This document shows, in pieces, positions 9,383 to 18,780 of a stretch of DNA of 64,000 bases. The notes below the pieces were generated by a model. That model did not search any database. It was not told where the DNA came from and saw only the letters and a program-made list of their open reading frames with translations. This DNA is from Clostridia bacterium (lineage in GTDB: Bacteria; Bacillota; Clostridia; Oscillospirales; CAG-272): the NCBI GenBank assembly GCA_017453255.1, contig JAFTKN010000027.1, positions 4,246 to 68,245 of the forward strand, read 5' to 3'. Within the stretch, counting starts at the first letter, position 1; every line of letters begins with the position of its first letter. A program made the translations under genes and the position numbers.

Positions 9383-10198
9383 TCAGTTTAATTGTCCAAG
9401 CTCGCTATCGGAAAGATAATATGGAGCATATTGCTTTTCCTCACGATATTTTTGGTTTGTTTCGCTATCAACCTTAATGTTGTATTGGTCGTGAATTTGA
9501 ACGTCACCAGCTGTAAATTGAGCCCCAGGCATATCTCTGAGATAAGTAGCCGAGCCGTCATCTGGAACGACCTTTTCCACATTATCAAAAATCATATTGA
9601 TAGTTAAATAATCAGCTGTGAAATCAACGCCTGAAAATTCAATTTTAAAGTATTTGTAATTATATTTTTCCTCAGTTGCAACAACATTTGGAGTGTAGGT
9701 AATGATATTTGTAGTTTCCTCAGTTTCAATATCCTTAAATGAAGCGCTTAAGGTAAAATGTATAAAGTCCTCACTAAAATTAGGACAAGCATTTTTTACG
9801 TCATTTAGCTGGTTTTTGTTATATCTAACAGTAAGCTGAGCATATCCAGCCTTAGGAATATAAACAAAGGAGTAGGGAAGCACGCTACCCTCACCACTTG
9901 AAACAAAGGCGTTTTCAGTATCATGAGTAAATACCTCATCACTAACCGTATAAGCGTCCTTAAATTCCTCGGTTATAAAAAGACCATTTAAAGCCTTATG
10001 GTCGGATTGAACTATTCTTACAATTAGAAAAATAACGAAGGCTAATAGAGCAAGACCTAAAGCACCAGAAACAAGGCGAGAAACAATTTTTTTGTTCTTT
10101 TCGTAATTCTGATTCTTTTTATCAAAATCATCAATTTGCTTTTCCACTTTTTTACGTTCGGTATCAGGAAGTGGAGAAGTGTTAGCTATATTTTCCAA
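9383..10198 (-). CDS. Hypothetical single-pass membrane protein
   Basis: 271 aa; basic N-terminus, one TM (GALGLALLAFVIFLIV), polar remainder. Confidence 0.75.
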   Translation of the reverse strand: MENIANTSPLPDTERKKVEKQIDDFDKKNQNYEKNKKIVSRLVSGALGLALLAFVIFLIVRIVQSDHKALNGLFITEEFKDAYTVSDEVFTHDTENAFVSSGEGSVLPYSFVYIPKAGYAQLTVRYNKNQLNDVKNACPNFSEDFIHFTLSASFKDIETEETTNIITYTPNVVATEEKYNYKYFKIEFSGVDFTADYLTINMIFDNVEKVVPDDGSATYLRDMPGAQFTAGDVQIHDQYNIKVDSETNQKYREEKQYAPYYLSDSELGQLN

Positions 10199-10277
10199 AA
10201 TAAATACATCCTTTTAAAGTATTTTAGACTATTGTAGCACATAAATTGAAATACTGCAAGTTTTTTATAAAAAATAC

Positions 10278-10306
10278 TTGACAAAACTTTATAATTTAAT
10301 TATAAT
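10278..10306 (+). promoter_or_regulatory. SigA promoter of yceD-rpmF
   Basis: TTGACA-17 bp-TATAAT, perfect consensus. Confidence 0.8.
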
Positions 10307-10343
10307 ATAAATCTGTGAAATGCAAATAGGGAGGATATTTCAT

Positions 10344-10862
10344 ATGGTTTTAGACATTACCTCGCTTATTAGTGGTAGAGTCAATAAAATTGATTTTAAC
10401 TACACAATTGAGGCAACTGACGAAAACTCTGTTATACCACCCTACGATGTTTCTTTTACAGCGCCAGTAAGAGTTTCTGGAATAGTTACAGATAATGCAG
10501 GATATATTAAGCTTACTGTAAATGCAGAAATTGATTACAAGTCACGCTGTGCAAGATGTCTCGAGGATGTTTTTGGCACATTCACCCTTGAATTCAATCG
10601 TACTGTTGCAATCTCAGGCACTTTACAAAACGAGCAGAATGATGATTATGTCATTTGCAAAAATGGTTTACTTGACATCGACCGTGAGCTTGTAGAGGAT
10701 TTAATGCTTGAGTTTCCATCAAAGCTTCTGTGTAAAGAGGAATGCGCAGGGCTTTGCTCCAAATGTGGTAAAAACCTTAATTTAGGACCTTGCGATTGCC
10801 CGAAGAAAAAAGAAATCGACCCAAGACTTGCAATTTTACAAAAACTACTTGAAAATGATTAA
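10344..10862 (+). CDS. yceD: YceD/DUF177 family protein
   Basis: CARCL, LCKEECAGLCSKCG and IDPRLA motifs; upstream of rpmF; GGAGG RBS. Confidence 0.93.
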   Translation: MVLDITSLISGRVNKIDFNYTIEATDENSVIPPYDVSFTAPVRVSGIVTDNAGYIKLTVNAEIDYKSRCARCLEDVFGTFTLEFNRTVAISGTLQNEQNDDYVICKNGLLDIDRELVEDLMLEFPSKLLCKEECAGLCSKCGKNLNLGPCDCPKKKEIDPRLAILQKLLEND

Positions 10863-10922
10863 AATTTGTAGTATAATACTACAGTAACGTATTTACTATT
10901 TACTTAAAGGAGGTTACTCACA

Positions 10923-11105
10923 ATGGCAGTACCAAAGAGAAAACAGTCTCATTCTCGTACAAATTTGAGAAGATCCCAAAATAGCAAGATGACCGCTCCA
11001 ACAATGGTTAGATGCGCAAAATGTGGTGAATACAATCTCACACACCGTGTTTGCTCAGCATGTGGCTACTACGGCGACAAAGAGATCGTAAAGAAGGATA
11101 ACTAA
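10923..11105 (+). CDS. rpmF: 50S ribosomal protein L32
   Basis: MAVPKRK...CAKCG...HRVCSACGYY. Confidence 0.97.
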   Translation: MAVPKRKQSHSRTNLRRSQNSKMTAPTMVRCAKCGEYNLTHRVCSACGYYGDKEIVKKDN

Positions 11106-11114
11106 TAACCTACG

Positions 11115-11143
11115 AGGCTGTTGTCACACTCTGGCAACAGCCT
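11115..11143 (+). terminator. Stem-loop/terminator after rpmF
   Basis: AGGCTGTTGTCA/TGGCAACAGCCT. Confidence 0.6.
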
Positions 11144-11163
11144 TATTAATTTAAGGAGAAAAA

Positions 11164-11721
11164 ATGACCTACACCCCTAAGCATAACGACAAGTCACTTA
11201 GAACGATTTATATGATTTTGTTCTTTGTATCAATTATTGCTATAATTGTAAACGGAATAAGAAAGGATAACTACAGCTGGCTTTATATTTCAATAGCTAT
11301 GCTTTCCTTAGTCGGCTTTTTAGTAATGCTAATTAGCTTTGAGCTAACTACCTATTCTTATATATTAAATGCCAAGGCAAAAAGCTATGATTTTTTTGTA
11401 GATAGAAGCGTTGGTAAGCGTGGTGGATATGTTTGCTTTTATCCACTTAGCGACCTTGTTTATCTTACAAAAAATGAAGATGGCATAAGAGAAAAGCTAA
11501 CAAAGCAATACAAAAAAATTCAATTTAACAGATACGTTCACAATATTTTTTCAAAAAACACCTATATTTTAGTCTTTAAAAATACCAATTATCACGATGC
11601 AGTTATTATTGAACCAAACGACACATATTTAGCATTTTTAAATAAGGTAATCAAGCTCCAAAAAATTGAGCTTGATATAATAGATGAAAATGAGGTAGGC
11701 AATAATGAAGCAGGAATTTAA
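11164..11721 (+). CDS. Hypothetical membrane protein (2 N-terminal TM helices)
   Basis: AAGGAG RBS; two hydrophobic helices then soluble domain. Confidence 0.75.
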   Translation: MTYTPKHNDKSLRTIYMILFFVSIIAIIVNGIRKDNYSWLYISIAMLSLVGFLVMLISFELTTYSYILNAKAKSYDFFVDRSVGKRGGYVCFYPLSDLVYLTKNEDGIREKLTKQYKKIQFNRYVHNIFSKNTYILVFKNTNYHDAVIIEPNDTYLAFLNKVIKLQKIELDIIDENEVGNNEAGI

Positions 11722-12202
11722 AGCACCGCTTAAGCAGGTTATATGGGCAAGGATTTATATAATCGGCTCATTAATTAGCTCTGTATTGCTATCATTTTCT
11801 GCGTGCTTGTTTTTCTTTGTTTTTAATAAAAGTGATGTATTAGTTTCTATAATAGCAATAGTATTTTGCGTGCTTTTGGTAGCCTCAGCTGTTTTTGTAG
11901 CAACCTCATTTTGGAAAAGTGCATTTTCTAAAATTGTAATTGAAAATGGTGTAATTTCAGCCGTATGCCTATTTGCTAAAAGGGTTTCTATTAGTGTAAG
12001 CGAGGTAAGAAAATTAGCTGTTAGAAAAGAGGGAAATACTAAATTTGTGTTAATCACAAGTGATAGGAACTTGCCCTATAAGGAAACAGAAAAGATACAA
12101 ACAGAAAACGGCTTAATCAAGTTTTATCTAACTGAGGAATTGTCACTCGGTTTAACAAGCCTTCTTCCAACACAGCTTACAAAGCCACTTAGAAAAATAT
12201 GA
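11705..12202 (+). CDS. Hypothetical membrane protein (2 TM helices)
   Basis: GAGGT RBS; overlaps previous gene; terminator follows. Confidence 0.7.
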   Translation: MKQEFKAPLKQVIWARIYIIGSLISSVLLSFSACLFFFVFNKSDVLVSIIAIVFCVLLVASAVFVATSFWKSAFSKIVIENGVISAVCLFAKRVSISVSEVRKLAVRKEGNTKFVLITSDRNLPYKETEKIQTENGLIKFYLTEELSLGLTSLLPTQLTKPLRKI

Positions 12203-12230
12203 GCAGGGAAAACACCCTGCTCACTTTTTT
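12200..12230 (+). terminator. Intrinsic terminator
   Basis: TGAGCAGGG-aaaaca-CCCTGCTCA then T-run. Confidence 0.75.
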
Positions 12231-13071
12231 ATTCAACACGTGTTTGTAAATTTGCTTCATTTTCACGTTTTTTGATAAAATATTTGTTTATTTCAGCACC
12301 TAAAAGAACAATCATTACAAGAAAGTAAATCCAAAGCATAAATAAAACCAATGTTCCCATGCTTGCATAAACTGATGGCTTTTCTAAAACGTAGGAAATA
12401 TACTTTGAATATAAAAATGTAAAAGCAAGCCAGCCAGCTGACGAAAATAGAGCACCTGGTATATGCTTTAAAATTCCCTTTTTAGAAGAGATACACCTAT
12501 AAGCTATTGTGAAAAAGAGAGTAAGCACAAGAAAGAAGGCAAAAAAGCGAAGCTTTACTAAAATATGAAGCAGTAAATCAAGAGCCTGTGTAGTTGGATG
12601 AATGTTTGCAAGAAGCACCCTGCCAACTGAAAAAATAACTAAGGATAAAATTACCATAAGAGCAAACACAAGCGTTCTAAAAATTACCCTTAAGATGCTT
12701 AGTATCCATATTTCCTTGTTATCTCTTTCATAAACTGATTCAATACCTCTTGTAAGCCCTAAAGTACCCTTGCACGATGCCCATATTGCAGTAATAATAC
12801 TAATCGGCAAGAAAATACTTAAATCAGTTTCTTTAATTTTGCCTATAATATCAAAAAGTCCGTCGCTAAGACCATTTGGTATAACTGAGGAAAGCAAGGA
12901 CTCAAATGATGATGCAAGCGAGGGAGAAAGCTTTCCTAAAAGGAAAAGCAAAAGAGCAACAAAGGGTACAGACGATATAGTAATAAAGAAGGAAGCATAG
13001 CCTGTATATACGCTTACCCTGTCGCTTTTATAGCTTTTAGTTAAAAATTTTAAAAATCTGTTCATACTCAT
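12229..13071 (-). CDS. YihY/BrkB family membrane protein
   Basis: ASFFITISSVPF, PGALFS, YASMG...LWIY...LLGAEIN. Confidence 0.9.
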   Translation of the reverse strand: MSMNRFLKFLTKSYKSDRVSVYTGYASFFITISSVPFVALLLFLLGKLSPSLASSFESLLSSVIPNGLSDGLFDIIGKIKETDLSIFLPISIITAIWASCKGTLGLTRGIESVYERDNKEIWILSILRVIFRTLVFALMVILSLVIFSVGRVLLANIHPTTQALDLLLHILVKLRFFAFFLVLTLFFTIAYRCISSKKGILKHIPGALFSSAGWLAFTFLYSKYISYVLEKPSVYASMGTLVLFMLWIYFLVMIVLLGAEINKYFIKKRENEANLQTRVE

Positions 13072-13181
13072 ATTTTGAGCTTTTTTGATAAAAATATTCG
13101 CTCATAATGTTTACAAATCAAGAAATATATGTTAATATATTATTGTTATTACTAAGAATAAAATATAAGGAGATACATAAA

Positions 13182-13757
13182 ATGAACAACAAGGTTTTAG
13201 TAGAAACAAGTGCACGTCATGTTCACCTTTCAAGAGAGGCTATTGATGTTTTGTTTGGTCAAGGCTATGAGCTTACAAATATTAAGGATTTAAGCCAACC
13301 AGGTCAATTTGCTTGTCAGGAAAGAGTTACAGTAGTAGGTCCTAAGAAGGCTATTGAGAGAGTTAGTATTCTTGGCCCAGCAAGAAAGGCTTCACAGGTT
13401 GAGGTTTCCTTCACAGATGCAAGAACACTTGGATTAGTTCCACCAGTTAAGGAAAGTGGTGATATCGCAGGCACACCAGGCTGTAAGCTTATCGGTCCTT
13501 GTGGCGAAATTGAAATTAGCGAGGGTGTTATTGTAGCTAAAAGACATATCCACTTTACACCAGACGAGGCAAATGAGGCTGGTGTTAGTGATAAGGAAAT
13601 TGTTAAGGTTAAGGTTTCTTCAAACGGTAGAACAACAATCTTTGATGACGTTGTTGTAAGAGTTAGCCCAACCTTTAGTGCTGCTATGCACATTGATACA
13701 GATGAGTCAAATGCTTCTTGTGCGTTTGGTACTGTATATGGTGAGATAATTAAATAA
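13182..13757 (+). CDS. pduL: Phosphate propanoyltransferase/acyltransferase PduL
   Basis: SARHVHLS, LSQPGQFA, AKRHIH, MHIDTDESNA; AAGGAG RBS gives start 13182. Confidence 0.95.
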   Translation: MNNKVLVETSARHVHLSREAIDVLFGQGYELTNIKDLSQPGQFACQERVTVVGPKKAIERVSILGPARKASQVEVSFTDARTLGLVPPVKESGDIAGTPGCKLIGPCGEIEISEGVIVAKRHIHFTPDEANEAGVSDKEIVKVKVSSNGRTTIFDDVVVRVSPTFSAAMHIDTDESNASCAFGTVYGEIIK

Positions 13758-13861
13758 TTCAAAATGAGAGCTTACAAATTGTAGGCTCTTTATTTTTATT
13801 GTTTGACAACAATCATACAATATGTTAAAATGTAAGCAAGAAATATTTTGCGAGGTTACAT

Positions 13862-14503
13862 ATGATTAAACACGAAAAAATAGAAAAAATGCAAATTGAC
13901 ACAAGTGAGCTTGGCTATATTTTAACAAGCCCTGATAATATTAAGGAAGGCGAAAAATTACCTCTTATAGTTTTCCTTCACGGAGCTGGAGAGAGGGGAA
14001 ATGACCTTGAAAAGTTAAAGGTTTATTGTATTCCTAAGCTATTTACAAAAAATCAGGAGCATAATGGAATTAGAGCCTATACTTTAAGCCCACAATGCCC
14101 AGAAAACACTACATGGATTGATTACAAAAAGGAGCTTGTTGCCTTAATAGACAAGGTAATTTGTGAAAACAATATTGATGACAAAATGGTAAGCCTATGT
14201 GGAATTTCTATGGGTGGCTTTGGCACTTGGGAGCTTGCTCTTACATACCCATACAAATTTCATAAAATTGCACCTCTTTGTGGTGGTGGAATGAATTGGA
14301 GAGCTTGGGCAATTAATATGCCTGTTAGAGCTTTTCATGGTAAGCTTGATGATGTTGTTCCAATTTCACAATCTGAGGCTATGGTAAACTCATTGAGAGT
14401 ACAGGGCAAGGACGTTGAGCTTATAGTGTATGACGACCTTTCCCACAACTGCTGGGATAGAGCATTTGAGCAGACTGATTTAATTGAATGGCTAGTTAAA
14501 TAA
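13862..14503 (+). CDS. Alpha/beta-hydrolase (phospholipase/carboxylesterase or peptidase-like)
   Basis: VFLHGAGERG, GISMGGFG nucleophile elbow, FHGKLDDVVP, HNCW. Confidence 0.88.
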   Translation: MIKHEKIEKMQIDTSELGYILTSPDNIKEGEKLPLIVFLHGAGERGNDLEKLKVYCIPKLFTKNQEHNGIRAYTLSPQCPENTTWIDYKKELVALIDKVICENNIDDKMVSLCGISMGGFGTWELALTYPYKFHKIAPLCGGGMNWRAWAINMPVRAFHGKLDDVVPISQSEAMVNSLRVQGKDVELIVYDDLSHNCWDRAFEQTDLIEWLVK

Positions 14504-14540
14504 AAAAATGAGTGTTGAAAAAATCAACACTCATTTTTTT
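14502..14540. terminator. Bidirectional terminator
   Basis: AAAAAAATGAGTGTTGA/TCAACACTCATTTTTTT between convergent genes. Confidence 0.85.
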
Positions 14541-16209
14541 AACATTCAATTCTAAATGAAAAGCTATTATCTGAAGGCTCGTTTACTTTGATTGTAAGGT
14601 AGTAAACCAGTCTTGTTTCCTTAGGTGTTCCGTCGTCGTTTATGGAAACTGTGTGGTAGTCAGTTGACACCTCTAAGCTTGCCTTAGAGTTATCAAAAAT
14701 AACTGAAACAGAGTCGATTACAGTCACTCCGTCCACTATTTTTGGCTCGTCGTAGGAAACAAGCCTCTCCTCAAAGGAGGATACTCCTTCAAATTCGTCA
14801 GTAATAGTAATACCATTTTCGTCTGACTTGTAGTGCCTTGTTAGCTTATTAAGCCCCTCAACGTCATAAAGCTCCTTGAAATCTACAGTAAATACACCAT
14901 TTTCAAGTCTTGTATATGAGCGAGTGCAGGGCAAATTAGCCTGATATTTACCATTTATAATAGGTACATTATGGCTTTTTGAGGATATTTCCATATATCT
15001 GTCGTATCTACCCTCAGTAAAATATTCCTTTGTATAGGGTCTAACACCTATATCAATAAGCACCTGCTTATCATTTTTTGAAAGAACAAAGGAGCCAACG
15101 TCATTATGGTTATGGCTTTCTCCGTTTGTGCCACCCTTAGCACCAAATGCGTACTTATCGTAGCGTCTTACATACCAACCAGCACTCTCCATATAAATTT
15201 CCTCCTTTGGTAAAGAGGTAAATTCATAATCTGGATTGTAGTTTTCGATATACATAAGAATGTGAATAAGTGGGTCAATAGGTAATGCGTGCCTTACCCT
15301 TGTAGGCATAATAAATTCATCACCATAGATTTTTTTCAAAAGATAAAGCAAGGATGCGTTAGTTTTTACGTCCATTGGTGCATCACCATAGGAGGTAATA
15401 ACATTTTCGTCAAGCATTGTGTTTTGATAGAAAAGAGCAATTTTCTTTGTCTTTTCTAATTTAAAGTAGTCCCTTTCACCCTTTGTATATTCCTTTAAAA
15501 CATACGCGTATGCAAGGAAGGAAACAAAGCCATAGCCCCAATATCCAGGACCCTCAAGACAAACACCATCATCTGGAAAGCCCTTATAATATTTTTCCAT
15601 ATTCAAATCAAAGCGGTCTATTAGCTTATCAAACTCATCAGGGAACATGAGCATTAAGGTAATGCCTGTAAATCCAGCACATACAGAGGTCCAGTTATTG
15701 TATCTATCCTCCCAGTGCCAAATTTGCTTTTTAAATGGCTCTAAAACTCTACGTCTTAATTCAGTTCTTATTCTTTTTTCAAGCTGTGGGTGTAATTTAT
15801 CCTTTAATAGATAGTGAATTAAGGCAAGAGTACAGGCTGTTGAGGTTGAGCCTAAATCAAGCTCGTAGTAGTTTTCCTCATTTATATCAGGCACATGTGC
15901 AGGCAAAGCCCAAACATAAGCTGATAAAATATCGTAAATGCAGTCCTCAAGATCATATAAATAGCTATCACCCATAAAAATAGTCATATAAGCAAGGGAG
16001 TGAAGCTTGTGAATATGGTCGTTCCACATAGCCTCGTAAGCACCACGAGTACCTATTTCCGAAAACTCTCTAAACTTAGAAAACAAAAGCGACTTTAATT
16101 CCTTGTTGTATTTGTTGTAGTGCTCCAAATAGGCATCTCTGACATCTTTATACCTGTCGCTATGTCTATACTCCTCTAAAAATTTAGGGTCCTTGAATTT
16201 TTCAAACAT
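14539..16209 (-). CDS. Heparinase II/III-like (polysaccharide lyase-like) protein, paralog 2
   Basis: NNWTSVC, DGVCLEGPGYWGYG, GESHNHNDVGSF, SHNVPIING. Confidence 0.8.
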   Translation of the reverse strand: MFEKFKDPKFLEEYRHSDRYKDVRDAYLEHYNKYNKELKSLLFSKFREFSEIGTRGAYEAMWNDHIHKLHSLAYMTIFMGDSYLYDLEDCIYDILSAYVWALPAHVPDINEENYYELDLGSTSTACTLALIHYLLKDKLHPQLEKRIRTELRRRVLEPFKKQIWHWEDRYNNWTSVCAGFTGITLMLMFPDEFDKLIDRFDLNMEKYYKGFPDDGVCLEGPGYWGYGFVSFLAYAYVLKEYTKGERDYFKLEKTKKIALFYQNTMLDENVITSYGDAPMDVKTNASLLYLLKKIYGDEFIMPTRVRHALPIDPLIHILMYIENYNPDYEFTSLPKEEIYMESAGWYVRRYDKYAFGAKGGTNGESHNHNDVGSFVLSKNDKQVLIDIGVRPYTKEYFTEGRYDRYMEISSKSHNVPIINGKYQANLPCTRSYTRLENGVFTVDFKELYDVEGLNKLTRHYKSDENGITITDEFEGVSSFEERLVSYDEPKIVDGVTVIDSVSVIFDNSKASLEVSTDYHTVSINDDGTPKETRLVYYLTIKVNEPSDNSFSFRIEC

Positions 16210-17909
16210 TATTCTACCTCAACTGTAAATGTAAAGCTGTCCTTAGGGTTGTTTAGCTTAATATCTATAAGATATACTGTCTGCCCTTTTGTGATTTCAC
16301 CCTTTTCGTCAAGCACGAGGGCGTGAATGTCTGTAGTATATGATGCTTCGGCTAAGCTACTATCAAAGCAAACAGAGCATTTGCCGATTTTTATTTTTCC
16401 GTTTTCAATTACAGGCTCTTTATAGGAAACAAGTCTTTCAACAAAGCTTGCCTTACCAGTAATTTCAAACTTATCTGTAATAATAACCTTGCTTTCAAGT
16501 GGCTTATATTCACGAACTAAGCTCTTAAGCTCATCTATATCATAAGCAAGCTTGTAATCAACCGTAAAAGCTCCATTTTCAAAGCTTGTTGTTGGATAAG
16601 CCTCTGGAATATTAGCCTGATATTTGCCATTTATAATAGGTACATTATGACCTCTTGATGAGGTTTCAAGATATGTATATCTTGTACCATGCTCAAAGTA
16701 TTGTCTTGTATATGGTCTTCCACCCATATCAACAATAACCTGCTCGCCATCAAGTGCAAAAATAAATGTACCAACGTCATTGTGGTTGTGGCTTTCACCA
16801 TTACAGCCACCACGAGCGCTAAAGCCGTATTTAGGGGTTCTCTTAACAAACCAACCACAATCTCCCATATAATACTCTGCATTTTTTGAAATTGAGGCAG
16901 AGGAATACGCAGGATTAAAGCAGGTAAAGGCATTAAGCATAGCAGGGAAGTAGTGCACCTGTATGCTAAGACGGTCACGAGGTGGAATTTCCACGTCATT
17001 TGGGTAAAGCTCCTTTAAGCCATACATAAAGCCAAATGGTACGCAAACATCTGAGCCGATACCACAGTCACCATAGTTTACAATAAGACTTTGGTCCATA
17101 AATAGCTTTTGTAAAAATGTGGATATGTTTTTAGTTTTTTCGTTATTAATAAAATCAAATTTACCATTAGTAAATTCTCTAAGCATTTTAACATACTCGA
17201 TATAGTAGCCAAAGCCGTATGACCAGTATCCTGCACCCTCAACGCAAACACCATCGTTCTTGTATGATGAAATGTAGTCTGCCATATCTGCGTTTAGTCT
17301 GTCAATAGCTAAATCAAATAGCTCGGGTCGGTTAAGCATAAGCACGCAACCAACAGAGCCAGCACAAACAGCAGTCCAGTTGTTAGCTCTGAATTCCCAA
17401 TGCCATCTCTGTCTAAAAAATGGCTCAACTATTCGTCTGTCAATCTCAGCATCAATTCTTGAAATAATGAGTGGGTGTAGTCTATGACCGAGAGCTTTTT
17501 TGATAATACAAAGAGCAAAGCCCATAGTCGTTGCATCAAGGTCAAGCTCACCGTTATCATTTTTCTCAATGTTGTCAATATGAGCAGGCAAAGCCCAAAC
17601 ATAAAGGTCACAAATTTCCCAAATTGTATCCTGTAAAAGCTTTAGGTATTCTTCATTTTCAGGATAGATTAAGCACATAAATGCCATAGCATAAAGCCTG
17701 TGCTGACGCTTGAAGAATATCTCTTGATACTGTGTTCTGTCGCCACAATCCTTAAAAAGACGGAACTTTGAAAATTTAATTGTTTCAATCTCCCCAATAC
17801 AGCACTCATTGTAGTCCTTTAAAACCGCATCTATAAGTGGCTTGTAATTTTCGTCGTTTCTTACTTTTGCCCAAAATTCAGGATTGGTCGCCTTGCCTAA
17901 TAAATTCAT
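16209..17909 (-). CDS. Heparinase II/III-like protein, paralog 1
   Basis: NNWTAVC, DGVCVEGAGYWSYG, GESHNHNDVGTF, GHNVPIING; AGGAG RBS gives start 17909. Confidence 0.8.
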   Translation of the reverse strand: MNLLGKATNPEFWAKVRNDENYKPLIDAVLKDYNECCIGEIETIKFSKFRLFKDCGDRTQYQEIFFKRQHRLYAMAFMCLIYPENEEYLKLLQDTIWEICDLYVWALPAHIDNIEKNDNGELDLDATTMGFALCIIKKALGHRLHPLIISRIDAEIDRRIVEPFFRQRWHWEFRANNWTAVCAGSVGCVLMLNRPELFDLAIDRLNADMADYISSYKNDGVCVEGAGYWSYGFGYYIEYVKMLREFTNGKFDFINNEKTKNISTFLQKLFMDQSLIVNYGDCGIGSDVCVPFGFMYGLKELYPNDVEIPPRDRLSIQVHYFPAMLNAFTCFNPAYSSASISKNAEYYMGDCGWFVKRTPKYGFSARGGCNGESHNHNDVGTFIFALDGEQVIVDMGGRPYTRQYFEHGTRYTYLETSSRGHNVPIINGKYQANIPEAYPTTSFENGAFTVDYKLAYDIDELKSLVREYKPLESKVIITDKFEITGKASFVERLVSYKEPVIENGKIKIGKCSVCFDSSLAEASYTTDIHALVLDEKGEITKGQTVYLIDIKLNNPKDSFTFTVEVE

Positions 17910-17911
17910 TT

Positions 17912-18700
17912 CTATTCTCCTAACATGCAATTTAAGGTATTTGCCTCGCATGGTAGAGAGGTAATCTCACCATCAGGCATAAATTCAAGGAAGTATATTC
18001 TATCCTTATTGTTTTCGTCATTAAGCACCCTTAGATATTCACACCATTCACACTTGCCCTCATTAAGTGGGAACTTCTTTGCACTTGTGTCCCAATTAAA
18101 CACGTGAACATTTGTTATGTATGGTAAAAGAGCACTCAAAGCCTCTAAATTATATTCAAAGGACCTTGAATGGTTTGGTTGCCAATATAGCTTTAAATTA
18201 TCACAGCCTACCTCGTTTAAGAATTTTAATGTATCGTGATAATCGTCTGTTAGTGTAGCAAAGTGACATTCAATAGAGAGGGTTAAGCCATACTTTTTTG
18301 CTTGATTGCAAAGGTCCTTAGTTAAGGAAACTGTTTTTTGGTAGTGCTTGCTACAAATATATTGACATTTTCCCTTTTTACAACCACAATTCGGCCAGCC
18401 AAGCCAAACTCTGACTGTATTAGCACCTAAAGCCTTAGCAGTTTTTAGTACCTTTTTAAAGGGTAGAGGAAAATGCTCATCACAATGGTACATTAAGCCA
18501 AAATAAGAGCCATAGGACTCGCATTTAAGTCCTGCACCGTGCATCTTTCTTTTAACCTGTCTTGCAAGCTTAACATTACCCATAGGAATGTGAACATCGC
18601 CACCCCATTCGATATATTTAAGACCAGCATCCTTAGTAGCCTTTATCAATTCGTCAATACTCTTTTTTCTGAAAGAAATAGAAACAAGTCCGCTTTTCAT
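17912..18700 (-). CDS. Sugar phosphate isomerase/epimerase (xylose isomerase-like TIM barrel)
   Basis: IEWGGDVH, YGSY, IECH..TLTD, YWQP, NVHVFNW, LEF. Confidence 0.85.
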   Translation of the reverse strand: MKSGLVSISFRKKSIDELIKATKDAGLKYIEWGGDVHIPMGNVKLARQVKRKMHGAGLKCESYGSYFGLMYHCDEHFPLPFKKVLKTAKALGANTVRVWLGWPNCGCKKGKCQYICSKHYQKTVSLTKDLCNQAKKYGLTLSIECHFATLTDDYHDTLKFLNEVGCDNLKLYWQPNHSRSFEYNLEALSALLPYITNVHVFNWDTSAKKFPLNEGKCEWCEYLRVLNDENNKDRIYFLEFMPDGEITSLPCEANTLNCMLGE

Positions 18701-18780
18701 AATTATCTCCTGTACCCTGTGGCTAAAAAACCACAGAATTATGTAAATAGGCTTGGCTTTGCACAGCCAAGCCCCTTGCC

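Noticed and set aside
12235-18106. CACGTG sites as parS
   Set aside because: Flanks do not match TGTTTCACGTGAAACA.
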